Positions 25,358 to 39,630 of a stretch of 57,494 nucleotides of DNA are shown piece after piece (position 1 is the stretch's first letter; each line of letters starts with the position of its first letter). A program made the position numbers and the translations under genes. Origin of the DNA: Bigelowiella natans CCMP2755 (lineage: Eukaryota > Protista > Cercozoa). The stretch is taken from contig ADNK01001815.1 of the NCBI GenBank assembly GCA_000320545.1, forward strand, positions 1 through 57,494, in the 5' to 3' direction. Under the pieces are notes generated by a model that saw only the letters and a program-made list of their open reading frames with translations, was not told the DNA's origin and did no database searches.

Positions 25358-26905
25358 TATACACACACGCACGCACGCATATCTCTAAACCAACAACTAA
25401 TCACCTTTCTCGACTCAGAAGAGTTCATATACTCAAAGACGAGTTCCCTGATTACAAATGATAAATGTCATCGTTAATAATCGTATTTAATGCCTCCCAT
25501 CTTCCGTCTGGCGCGTCTCACTATCCCCGCGCAATTGTGCTATTTATACGCAACGAAAACTCGCACACCTATATATATCTGAAAGAATCTGCCAATCTTG
25601 CCTCAGTTGCACCTGTCGGGGTATGATGATAAAACTACTATGTGTGCAAGGTTACTGACTCGGCTAAAAACCATAAAAAGAATACCCAGGAGAGAGAGCG
25701 ACAGAGAGAGAAAGAGAGAGAATGAGTGAGAGAGAGAAAGAACGCTGCACAACATCCAAGTTACACTACGCTTTTGCGAATAACCATTAAGACTGACCGA
25801 ACATCATCTCTTTTAATTCTTAGCATCATTTTTATCTGTGCTCACCTTCTCTGTTTTGACGTATTTGCCATGAACCTCTCTACAAACCTCGTATTCCCAC
25901 CGACTACACATCCACTGAAGAGGAGAGAGAGAGAAAGAGAGAGAGAGAGGGAGAGGTAACATTTCCACATCAAACAAAACCAAAAACGAAAATGGTTTTG
26001 AAAAATGAGCTCAGCCACTACTTCTGATCTATTGATGTATGTCAAATCTAGGGTATTAAATCCGAGGAGGGAAGATAAACGAAACACTACAAGTTATGAA
26101 ATTGAACAAAACATTAAAGGGTTATACATAACGATGTGTGTATTATTTTTTTGTTGTAAAATAAATAAATAAATAAATAAATATGTATATATTTTAAAGC
26201 ATAATATCGTGAGAAAAATGAAATTAACAACTTCGGAGCCATTTCCAGAGGCTTTGACATATAAAGAAGCAATATCGTGCAGATTTCCTTCATAAATCGC
26301 CTGCGATTACAAGGATGTGAATTATAGCTGCTTTTAAAGCATCGTCAGAAGTTCTTATTTTATCTTAGGGAAATGCCTTTTTCCTTTTCTAAAGCTACCA
26401 TGAGCGAGTGTTTGTGTACGGAGAGCTGTTTCATCTCTTGCGAGAAGATTTAATATATTCAATCTTACGTTCTTCATCGCCCTTGAGAGAATTCTATCGT
26501 TGGGTAGGTCTGCAGGGATCATCAAGTTCTTTGGCGCTTTGCCCCCCTGCACGTAAAATACACACATTATGCGCGCATAGCTAAGATAAAATTGTGCGTG
26601 TGTTTGTGTGTGTATTTGCGTGAATGTGTGTGCGTGTGTGTGTGTGTGTGTGATGTCGCGCTGACATCAACTTAGCCTATACTCAAGATCCCATGGTAAA
26701 TTCTTCATTGAACAGAAATTCTTACACTTGACTCAAGTACATGTTACCCCCTTCACATTAGGCTACAGATGATCATTACTATCCACTCTTTAGTCACTAC
26801 TGTTTACTTGAGAGCACCACCTTTTTTCCTCCTCCTCCTCCTTCTAAATGCTCTCGGCGCTTCCCATCGGCTCTCTGTTTAGACAAAACAAACACATATA
26901 AATAA

Positions 26906-26940
<35 letters not shown>

Positions 26941-27607
26941 GCTTTAGATGTGTGACATAATATCTCAGCAGTAGTACCGTTAGTCCCGTTTGATGGCCGT
27001 CGCCTTCATAATCATACTCTCTGTGAAGAAAACAAACAACTTTATTTCCATGAAGACCGCAAGGGAGGAATCGACATCTTCTCTCATTTAGTGCATACAG
27101 AGCCAGCAGAAGAACAAACAAAATGGAGAATCATTCCTAAGGCAAACTATAATCGTGTGTACTTGATGTCTATTTCATCAATGAAATCGTACACGTCCTG
27201 ACAAGTAGCAAAGTAAAACGCAAGCATTAAGAAGTGCCTTCAGTCACGTGTATTTTACAGAAAAGCCGTGCGGAAAAATTGACTAATGTTGTGTCCTGGC
27301 GCTCACATATGCACAAGCGCACATTTATGACTGCTGTGCGTGGGATGTATTTTCTTCTAACGACTTGATTTCCCTACCTTTTCGCTGTCGTTGATCTGTG
27401 CAGCATCATCTGCGTGCAGAAACGCAGAGAGGGGAACAAACAGATTTATAACCAAACAACATATACGACACAAATAACATCCCCACCTCCTTTGCTCTCC
27501 AAATGTTGCTTCAACTGCTCTGATATTTGTACTATCTGCAGAATGTGCTTGGAGTGAGTGAATGGCCACATGAAGAACTCTACGGAAAAACCGATGTTCA
27601 ATTATAT

Positions 27608-27656
<49 letters not shown>

Positions 27657-28227
27657 TGGTACATAATGCAGAGTACATAATTTCTGGCCACACCTGATCT
27701 GATATTTGTTTCGCATTCTCTTCCGACAAAATGTTGGCAGATTCGACCAGTTCTCCCAAGCATTGCTAATGGTTTATTCGCATGCGTAGTGCAAGGATGC
27801 ATACGGAAAACAACAGCATGATTACACCTTAAAAAGGAAATCGTGACGTTGATAGCGATCACAATGTCAGCGACTTTTAACAATATCAATATCACAATGT
27901 CAGCGACTTTTAACAATATCAATAGTAAGACAACATCGTCATCATTGCTTTCTTGGCATCATCTTCGGATTTAATAGAATCTTATCCCCACCAGGCGCAA
28001 TTTCCACTTAGGGTAGGCTTTTCGAACGACTTCCGTATCATCCTCCCCCTTCAATTCCTGCACTCCGTTGCAAGACCTGAAAGAATATACATACAATTTT
28101 TCAAAGATAGAAGAAGAATAAGGGAGGGGGTGGGAGGAGCAGCAAGATCTGTATTAAACAGCATTCCTAATATTTTTTTACCTTCTGCTAACTTTCGATA
28201 TTAAGCTTCCACACACACACATACACA

Positions 28228-28272
<45 letters not shown>

Positions 28273-28675
28273 TACATGCAGATACTCAAGAGCAAACGAA
28301 AACGTCGTCGTCGCAACATGTGCGATATGAATGCATGCAGCTGAAACACCATTTAATCTCCTTCGAGGCCCTCTGGAACAAGGCGTTGCTTCCGCACCGA
28401 CTCTGTTCCAACAAGGATTGAGAAAAGTCCATGATAAGCAGCAGTAATGACGATGATGGCGGCGACGATAAAAAAGAAGTAGATCGCGAACACGATAATC
28501 AGATCCATGGCAGGTGTCTTAGAGACGTTATACTTAAATATGAGGCATATTCTTCTGTTACGGTTGAAGATTAACAATCCTCCGTTTTTCATGCTGAGGG
28601 CAGGAAGGTTCAAACGAAGTAGGTTTCAGTATTTCTTCATGAAATGTGCTTTTTTGGACCTACCACGAATGCCTT

Positions 28676-28709
<34 letters not shown>

Positions 28710-29514
28710 GCAATTTCACCATTTTCAACTGCTCTATCGTTGTTTGAGGACGTGAGTCCAATCCAGCAGCAGCATCGTCCTCCTCCTTCTGCTGCTGCTT
28801 TATAGGGTTCTTCAGGAGCAGCACAAATGCTCGTATTGCCAGAATGTGCGACATCTGTCGTATCGTTGATGATGGAAAGCAAAAATAATAATTAGTAGAG
28901 ACAGAGGGTGGGAATAAAGCCTTCTTTATCAATTCTCGTGTCAATCTAGATCTTTGTCGTATGCATCATCAAAAGCAAGCTCATCATGCAGTGCTGTGTT
29001 GTCTTGAAAGATGTGTGTATCGAATGGAGTTCCCCATGCGTTGTTGCGTGTGATGCCACGCTACATCTATTCTCCTTCTCCAAACACTATCCAGTTGCAT
29101 AAACTACGTGAAACACCATATATTAGCGATTAGAAATGAATGCAATTTAGCAGCGGTAGCCATGTAGGCTGCATGTGTTTAGCAGCATGAGAACATGCAC
29201 AGTCACAAATCACGCAAATCAACAAACAAACAAACGACAGCAATTTCATGCGTCCAAATTCCTAATGATGGTGTAGCTGAAAAGGAATCTGTTGTCCTCG
29301 CACCTCTCCGATTTTCTTCTCCGAGACCATGAAGATCTCCATCTCCCATTTTTCAACATCGCTCAAAGTTGCATTATCGCCTTGGGGCAAACGCCCTCGT
29401 TTGTCCAACAGATTCCAGAAAAAACTGAGGGAGATCCGAATGTCATGTCGTCGTGTGTCATTTCACCAAAATGTATCAATTTTTTCTGTTTCTTCAAGCG
29501 TATTGCTCTCTCCA

Positions 29515-29589
<75 letters not shown>

Positions 29590-29820
29590 CATAAGCAAAT
29601 ACGTGACCAGCCTGATCTATCGTAATCAGGAAATATCACAGTCTTTGTAGCCTAGTTTTTAATTTTTTTCCTTATCAAATAGACTTACCTTTCGATTGAT
29701 TGCACACGATTCATTTCATTCTCCACGGCATTCAAACTCTCCCATTCCTATAACCAAAAAACCCAATTTAGGCTACTTTCTGCATCAACAATAATAGGGT
29801 GAAAAACTGATATATATGTA

Positions 29821-29856
<36 letters not shown>

Positions 29857-31344
29857 TATTCTGTTTACTACACGCTGCAACGATTTGAAAAAGACGTATA
29901 TCTCTCCTTCTAAACTGTTTTTATCTCGTTCACTTCAAACAATAAGAATCACCTCTTTTATACGCGTTCCAAAATTCGTGTTAAGATACTCTGTGGCGTC
30001 TTCTGCCCCTCCCAACACTTTGCCAACATCTTGAGCTTCCAGCCTCCGGAAAATGTCATTGTATATCTCAGAGAATCTCCTCTTCAACTCTTTCTTCTTC
30101 TCGTCGTACCTGCGATCGAGAACAAAACGTTGTTCGTCATGTGAGATGATGCGTGTTGTTCCAAGAAAAAGAGGTATTAAAGATTAACTTGAAGATTGAA
30201 AGCTTGATTATTGGCTGGCGACAAGTTCATCGCAATAGGAGACTTAATGCACGTTTACTCTTTAACTTGTTATATGAAGCTAGATTGTCAATTGTTATGG
30301 AATGCAAAGTACCGTTGCAAAAGGTCTTGAATACTGCTCGGCTCTTTCTCCTCATCATTAACCATTGCTTTCAATGCAGGAATCTCCACCTCAATGTACG
30401 TCTTCTCGGTGTTCAAAAAATCCAAAAGTTTCTTTGCTGCCCTAGCCTGTTGTGTGTAGGAAGAAATAGTTGGCTCACACATCAACAGCACAGCAGAATT
30501 AGCAGCAGTTGGAAACGACGCTAGTAAGAAGAGGAATAGCAGCAGTGTGTATCAGCAGTGTGTCGTAAGCCTCATGCATAAGGTAGCAGTTGTAAGTGCT
30601 ATTTCACCTCAGCAAAGTTTAAATCCAGCTTCTCAGCACGTTCACATATCGACTCCAGCCTGCATATAACAACCACAGAAAGAAGCTTTAATAACCATAT
30701 CTTCAAAACTCACGAATAACAAATTACCGCACTCATTGATACTAACTACAACTTGCAAGAAATAGTTGTAATAATAACGCTTTATCTCGCCTATATCATA
30801 CATGCCCCCCTCCCCCCCCTCCTTCCACCCTCTTCCAGAATCATCCTTATCTCACTTCGAAATATCTCTGGAGGCGATTGCTGCTTGGAACTGCGACATC
30901 ATTGCCTGAGTGACATATTGTGAGTTATGAACATTTGATGATGCTATTGCCTCTCTCTCTAGACCGACATTGGTGCTCCAGGAGACGTGTAGATGTGTGC
31001 GTAATGCATCAAGATGGAAATGCGTGAACAGATTTGCTAGGGTTTACAATCATTATAAATTCGTAAGATATATCGTATTACTACCATTCGTCTGAATCTC
31101 AGCAGGGCATCGTAGAAAGGCGTCTTCATCAAAACATGGTGCTTGCCAGCGAAGAAATCAACCTCTTTTGAGCACATTCATAAAAACATTCAGACACAAT
31201 GATAGCCGTCCTTATCCGTGCAATGCCAAAGAAGAGGTTCAAAAACAAGGATCTGTTCGCTCTCCCCACCCCCCGCCCTCCCCCCTTCTAGATATGTTTG
31301 TCTTTCCTCCTCTTCTCTGCTGTCTGTTTGTGTGCGTTGGACAA

Positions 31345-31385
<41 letters not shown>

Positions 31386-32495
31386 AGAAGACTTGCGAGA
31401 AGGAGGGAACACATCCCCAGCCCCGTCTTGTGCAAGAATGAGCTGTATCAACTTTGCGGCCTTTTTTTGCTCGTCAGCTCCGCACTGATGACATTGTTTC
31501 GAGTCAGTATTGCACGAGCACAAGCGTTATAATCAATAAAAACAGATTGAACAGAGAACACGACAGTCTCTTTTGTTTTCATTGCTACCGCTGAGAAGGC
31601 CTCTTCACGTTGACGTGTGGGTAGAATAGGGGAGAACTTCTGCTCGAACTCCTTGAGCTCGATGCGATTTGGAAAGCCGTTTCTGGCAAGTGAAAACACG
31701 AGAAACTACTAATCAATTTCAGAATACTCTTGCTTTACGCGTAAGCACATCTGCACGTTGTACATTGCCATTAATTTCGTGAAGCTGGTATGTGTACAGC
31801 AAGGTCGTTTCAAAATCGATGCGATTGGAAGTGTTGTGTTTACTTTCGAATCTTCACTGCTTCAAAGAGGCCAGCACATCTCATCTGATCTAGCACCTTT
31901 GCCGTGTGGAACACCCCATCCTTCTTCAGCGAGTTCGGCTTCAAGCAGCGTACGAAGTGAGGCTCCGTCGGCTTTGCCAGCTGCGACGTGTATGAGTATG
32001 TGCGTGTGTGTGCGTGTGCATGTGTTGGCAGGGTAAGGATTTATTATATTATATACACTCACAAAAGATAAGTGATTAGCAGCCAGTAGATGCAACTACT
32101 CCTAGTAGCATTTTCTACTACTCTTTCTTCTTTCTTCTTTCTTCTACAACTGCTGACCGCTCTGCTAAGTCCTCGTAGCGACGATTGGAACTTAGAGATC
32201 AAACTCGTCTGATGAATATATATCTTCCATGTGGGTGTTCAGCACGTAGATGTTTCATGGATGGGTGATGCGTGATATTTCATATTAGTAATAGTAGTTG
32301 TATTAATTGTAGTAGTAGTAGGTAATGATAGCAGCAGAAGTAGTAGCAGCGGAGAAAGTTTTAATTGTAGTAGTAACAGATGCATCATGATAGTAAATCT
32401 CGTAAAATGCATGAGCTAGCGCACACATCAACACTCCAAACACATAAACGAAGGCCTTTCACCTTTTTGTTGGCCTTTCTCTTTTGCTCTGCAGA

Positions 32496-32573
<78 letters not shown>

Positions 32574-33033
32574 CATTGGAAAGCATGCCCCATACACGTT
32601 GCACGGTTGGCGCCAATGTTAGGTTTAGCCGTAAAGTTCTTTATGATTAATATTTATTATTACTATCTGGAGACTTATCCCCTCTCGAAAACAGCTGTTG
32701 TACGATCACGGCCTTGGAGTATTTTACTGCCTCATTCATCGATTTGGCTAGTTTGTCTGTATTTAAAGTATTGAGACGAGAAAAGAGAGCATTAAAAAAC
32801 CCACTGGTAGTCTTGCAATGTATATCTTCATCTAGCAGCAAACACTAGAAGCAGCAGCTCTTCTGCTATGTTAAAGGCAGGATTGGCAATGGTTACAACC
32901 CACCATTGTTCCTTAACACCATCTCCTTCACATTGTATAAGACTCTGTCGTTGTATGAGGAGGAAAAGGAAGAGGACAATGAGGAGGAGAGGATGATGTG
33001 AGAAAAAATATTCGGGCACACAAACAAACACAC

Positions 33034-33067
<34 letters not shown>

Positions 33068-33374
33068 TAGTATGTCCTTTGTCGTGTTGAGAATGGCAAT
33101 TTAAGAATATTCCAATTGAATACGAGACCTGGCTCTTTTAAACAATTACTCTCCAGGATTCATAATTTATACACCCATCCATGTAATTCGAGGTGTTAAA
33201 TGTTGGCACGCAGCAAGCAGAATGGGTGGATGGGATTGAGAATGAGTCGTCGGAAGGCTTACTTTCCCGCGTAGTGGCGGATGAAGAAATAACTAGAAAA
33301 ACGATGCTTTTCGAAGGATTTTCCTGTATCATGCACAGAATACCAAAAACAGTAGAGATTAAGTGTGAGTAAAC

Positions 33375-33417
<43 letters not shown>

Positions 33418-34287
33418 CAACCTTGCGCTTTCATGTGCAGTTCTGATTGTTTCATGCAACATAACGCTTGAACACGCTCACAAACACACATACATAGAGA
33501 TGAAAAGAGAGAGAGAGAGAGAAAGAGAGGAAGGGGGGAATCGGAGGGGGGGCAGAGGTGAAACCTTCCGATGTGTAAGCTCTGCTATAGGCCGTCTTTG
33601 GCTTGGTTTTCTTCGCATCTTTCTGCTGCATGGATTTATCCAATAGAAAACATAATTCATTTTAACTTCTTCATGCAAAGGGCAATAGGAATATCTTTGG
33701 AAAGAACGCTATAATGTGCCACCTTTGCCCATCCAAATCTATTAGCCATGGTGACGACCCCATGCTGCATCAGCTTTTCTTCTTCTTTCTCCTGAAAAGG
33801 GAAAAACCGGCTATTAGGCATGTTATGAGTTCATATTTTGGATGATTCGTCGCAAGACACACGAATGGTGTGTTTCCTAGCAGATCTATTGAAAGAGGAA
33901 GAATATATTGACGACCCTATTAAACTATGGAAAACCGGTGATTCTTTGATTTCACCTCAAGATTTGTTCAAATATATTGTATTGAGAGAGATTTGAGCAT
34001 CAAAGTCGACTTTCTATCAAAAGACTTCATATTAAAGAGGGACAATACCAGATCCTTCCGATTTGAGGCTTCATTGAGTATGAAAGCAAGCTCTTTTATG
34101 CAATGCAACGTCTGTAGTGTGTGTGTTTGTTTAGGCCGCAATAAGGAATTGGGATATATGATAGCAGGGAGATATCTACTAATGTGATACCGTGAGCGTA
34201 TGTAATTTGTGAACAAATGAGACTTCTCAAGGTTTATTTAGGCAAACAAGTAAACACGAATTAACGATGATATGTACTAATAAGTAG

Positions 34288-34332
<45 letters not shown>

Positions 34333-35192
34333 TTGAGTATGATTGCTTCCAACAGCTCAGTTCAGAAAATGCTGTAGATTGACATGAATACTGTGCTCTT
34401 TTTCCTTCAGCATAGTCGCATATTTTTGGATGATGAAGGCTGCCTACCTCATGGTTGATGGGGACTTTGAACTGTTTGATGATCTAAAGAGAAAAGCATA
34501 TTGCATGTACCTCAAAATGAGGAGGACAAGCCAATCTACGCAGTAGCAATATACGAATAAGAATGCGAGTAGAGGTAAAAAACGTGATGTGTTGATGTTA
34601 ATAGTACTCCTGATGCACTACCTCTTCAGGCACACTTTCCGCCTTGTAAGTCTGGATTTCCTCTTCGAAAATAGCGGCATTGAAGATGCTGATAATATGA
34701 AAGCAACGTGATTTTTTATACGTGCGTGCAACAAGGGATGTTTTGGGTACTTAAGCAGTTGTTGGATTCCCACACAGTAAATTTACACTCGATTCATATG
34801 CAAATAACCAGAGAATCGAGTATGTTATATTTAGTTAGATAAGATGTCATCTAAATCTGTCTTTTCCTTCCTCATATTTCTTCTATTACTACTACTACAA
34901 CTGCAATCTACTGGCAAACTACGACCTTTGCAGCTCTTCATTTGCGTAGTTAATACACAGCTAATTAAGGCAGTATCATCACTGTTAGTCATTTTCAAAG
35001 TGAACGATCTACCTACCATATCTCACAACGACACGTTGTTGTTGATATGGGGTTTATACAGATGTTCCAACCTGCTCGAAATAGTTTTCTTCTAGAAAAT
35101 CCTCGAATCTATAAGCAAATTAAACAGAAAGACACACGTAAATAATGCGCCAAAAATATAAACATAATCTATTACTTTGCGTGCGTGTATGT

Positions 35193-35223
<31 letters not shown>

Positions 35224-36431
35224 CGTGTGTCCATCACATAGCATTACGATATACAAAATACCCAAAGATATCCAAAACGCCGACATGTCTGTACTTCGAA
35301 AACAATGCTGGATCGGTCCTGAACATTGCATTGATGATTATTTAGCAAATGATGTTGTAGTAACAGCGAAAAGAAGCAAAAGAAGAAGAAGAAGAAGAAG
35401 AAGAAGAAGAAGAAGAAGGAGCATATAAGCATACAGATTCATAATGAAGCTGCGAATTAACTTGAAATATGTACTTTTGTTTTTCAAACATGGAAGGGTT
35501 AAGAAAAGAGATCGGTATTTTGAGCATCATGCTGTATTCGCATCATGCTTCTTTCTGTAAGGTGAAATGACGATGATCTGGGCAGGTTTGGGATTATCTG
35601 CAAGCAATGAGCAGCAAGCAAGAGCAACCCTTTCATAAGCCTCTTCGATAGCTCCGAAACCAGCCAGGCGAACAGCTGATTATATAGGTTCTTCGCCAGA
35701 GCATTGCGAGACTTTCTTGCCTCCTCCACGCTCTTTGTTGTGCAGAAATCAAAGATAAGTAAGAGGAGGGGGCATCGTACGCAACGGCATTTCTACTATC
35801 CGACGATGAAGAAGCTGGGATGAATACTAATTTGAAGGTGATACTAACTAATCAACGATGCAATCAATCATCAACGGAGTGAATTATGTCATATTACTAC
35901 CACTACTACTACTACTACTACTGTTACGATCACTACCAGCTTCGTCCATATAACTTCTTTCTCTCCAGATGCAATCTATGCGTGTATGCGGTACAACATA
36001 TCACCATATGAACACGATGGTAGGTAGTAAGCCAACATGCAGCTTCAGTAACATAGAAGACTTCCGTTGGAACATAGCTGCTTTGCAAATCGAATAGACA
36101 ACTGATATCTGTTCTTGCACTCACCACCCCCCCCCCGTCATAGTCGTGCAGTTCTCAATGTGATAGAGATAGTTTGATGGAAGAATTGTGATATCGAGTT
36201 AAGAGATTCGAGGACTCTGAATTCCTAGTGATATGTTAATGCTACTGCAATGAAACATGTGATTAGGCGGTGCAGTAAGGGACCCCGAAAATCGATGTGT
36301 CATTTTTCTTGTGCATATATGTCAGCTACTTCACCGTCTCAATGGCGCTCTCGATTAAGCACTTTGAAAGAATATTCGTTTCTAGGTCGAGTAGCTTCGC
36401 GCAATGCTGATGGTAATAGTGGAGGTGATAG

Positions 36432-36462
<31 letters not shown>

Positions 36463-38011
36463 GGTGATGATGATGATGACGCCATTGATGGGGGGTGCTC
36501 AATATGAAAAGAGAGAGAAAATAGTGTGAAGAAACGACGCCTGCAATATACACACCATAAAATTGATGCGCTACAAAATCGATTGGCACGATAATTAGGG
36601 TCATTATACACATCTTCACCCGTTGTTTGTTAAGAGATATCGACGCAAGAAACACGATGATCATATCTACACATAACTAGCAGCAGCAGCAGATGTCTTG
36701 ATTAAAGCTGCTATCAGCACCTCTACAATTGGGTTGGAAGATTCTTTAACTTGCGCCTCCCCTCCTCCTTCTAGTTCCTCGAATTCAATATTGCCTGTCA
36801 CACCGAAAGGGGGTCAAGATGTGCATCAAATGTCACTTTCATTTTCCTAGTCGCTGCATGGGAAAATAGTCCATTTCTGTCAATCATCGAGTCAAAGGTT
36901 TGTGACGATAGAATAGTGCAGAGAGGTGGGTGACTTTGTTTCGAAATGGCGGCATGCCTCTGTTATATAGCCTCTGTCACGTGTAAAACAGTTCTGAAGT
37001 TAGTATAAATCGGAAAATTGTTAGATCTACCTAGATGCATAACGCAGGCCACAACAGCGAATATCTCCTGCTTCCACTGTTTCCATAGCCCTGTGTATGC
37101 ATAGATCATTTTCGCTCAGTAGGTAGCGTGATCGATTTTCATCATGGTGGGATATGTGAGTATATCGGCATTTCTCAATCTTCACACTTGCAGCCGCGAA
37201 CGCTGTCAAGAACAATGTCGCGGAGGAATGGTATTGTGAAGAGCTGTTTTTTAATTTTCTAAAGAGCTCGAGAGTTAAATGTTATATGCATCTTTACATC
37301 ATCGTAGTTCTTACCTATCTTCTTCAAGCCGTCGAGCACCTACAAAAGCAGCATTACATGCAAATGCATTTATATGTATTTGCTGTGAGATTTCGTGATA
37401 GTGTGGGTTTGTGAAGGAGAGACATATACGACAGAAGAGACATATACGAAACATGTCAAATTTTCTTCAAACACGCTCATCATCCTCATCATCATTATAA
37501 GAACACTATATGCGTATATACTCGCTGCATCTGGTCCATATCATCCCAGTGTTTGTTGTCGATCAGGTCTCCATTTTTGTCGTATAAGTATTTATATTCA
37601 TAGTTGGCTTTCTGCTCTTTCATCTCACATAACGAAAGCATCCAGCCTTTGAGGGGGGGAGGGGGGAGGGGGAGGGGTCGTAGGAACGATGAATGAAAAT
37701 AGAGGCAGATCGGAGTAGTAGCCATAGTGGATAGTCGGGTAGAAAGGCAGAAATAACAGAAGAATAGAGCAAAATTAGAACGGAACGATTTGAGTACGTG
37801 AGAGGTAAAAAAAAAACGATTTTTGCGTTGAGATGTTTCCATTTATGCTTTCCACTGACTTAGCATAACGGCATATGGATACACCAACGCCATCAACATC
37901 CACAGTGATATCAATTGCATGAATCCTCATCATGCAGTCGAATCCCATTCAATACAATAATTGACCATTCAGAGGTCCATCCGTTAATACACACACACAC
38001 ACACACACACA

Positions 38012-38050
<39 letters not shown>

Positions 38051-38641
38051 TAACGCGTCTGGATGCTGTGAGTTCTGCCCAACGTGCTTTAGATATGCAG
38101 TGAGCATATAGAATATGTGGTAATTCCTAGTATAGAGCAGTTACACACACAAATACACACACACATTTATTATACAAACCGTCTCCTCCCTCTCTCTCTC
38201 TCTCTCTCTCTCTCCATCCTGCTCCTCATCACCCACCCCCTGCGCCCCGGTGTTATCCCTCTTGTGTTCCCCTTCCATCTCTCTAGCTCACATCCTTAGG
38301 CTCGATGCGGTCGTATTCAGCATACCAACACAAACACTCACCAACACAAACACTCCGCAGTGAATTGAAACACTAGCAGCATAAAGCTTAAAGCCAACGG
38401 GCGCCCAAGCATGCTCGATAGGCATCAGCAACACCTTTCTCCTGGCCCTGGAGAGACAACGCGAGACTTTTCCAGCAGATATTCTTCGATGTTAGCGCCC
38501 TGCATGCACACATTATATATCATTTGCCTCTCGGGGAGGAGGAGGAGGAGGAGGAGGAGGAGGAGGAGGAGCAGTGCGACAGGGAGAAGGCCGTGTTTAT
38601 GACTCTATCTTGTTTCCGGGAGAGCTCCGAAATATGTAGTA

Positions 38642-38672
<31 letters not shown>

Positions 38673-38937
38673 AGTGGCAGTAGTATAGTAGTAGTCGTAG
38701 GAGTATCTAGTAGTAGTACAACCATAATCTTGCCGTCATGGAAGAGCACTTTGATCCATTTGCCAAATCGAGAGGAGTTGTCGTTTCTGAGGGTCTTTGC
38801 ATTTCCTAGTGGGGGTGAGATTATGCTCTGTGTGTTTGTGTGTGTGTGTGTGCAACTCGATAATAATGCATGGGGTCTTTATGATACTAGCAGAAGGAAT
38901 AGCAGCAGCAAGTGGCTCTCTCTCTCGTTCTCTCTCG

Positions 38938-38969
<32 letters not shown>

Positions 38970-39092
38970 TCTCTCTCCCCCCCACCCCCCCCCCTCACCA
39001 AAAGACTCCAAGATAGGGTTAGTGCACTCGATTTTCTCCTCAATTCTCTCTGAGGTTGGAGATTTGATGTCTTCGGAAGACACCTAATAATA

Positions 39093-39131
<39 letters not shown>

Positions 39132-39591
39132 ATATGTAATTATGGGATACGTTAACACAAGTGGAAATGGTGATGGTGGAGGCTGGCATGGCGAAGGCTA
39201 CGACCTAGCGATATGTTTTGACGTTCATGTTTCGTCTAGGGAGAAGCAATAGGTGATAGTACCGTTTGAAGGAACTTTAAGACAAGCTTTGTTGTCACTG
39301 TTTTCCCACTAAAAGCAGCAAGTAGCAGTTGTTTCATATTCAAACACAGTAAGTATATTAGCGCGAATAAGTAGAATTGGTGCGTTTTGATGCAACCATC
39401 GCCTACAAACACGCCACACACACACACACGTACACACACGCACGCACACATAGATGTGATCGTACTTCTTCATCATCATCATTATCACTATCAGCATCAT
39501 GATTATGTTGTTTAGATTAGGATCGTGATATATTACCTGCCAGATTCTCCAGAGATAATCACAGCCTGGTAGTAGTAGGAAATGGTAGTAA

Positions 39592-39630
<39 letters not shown>

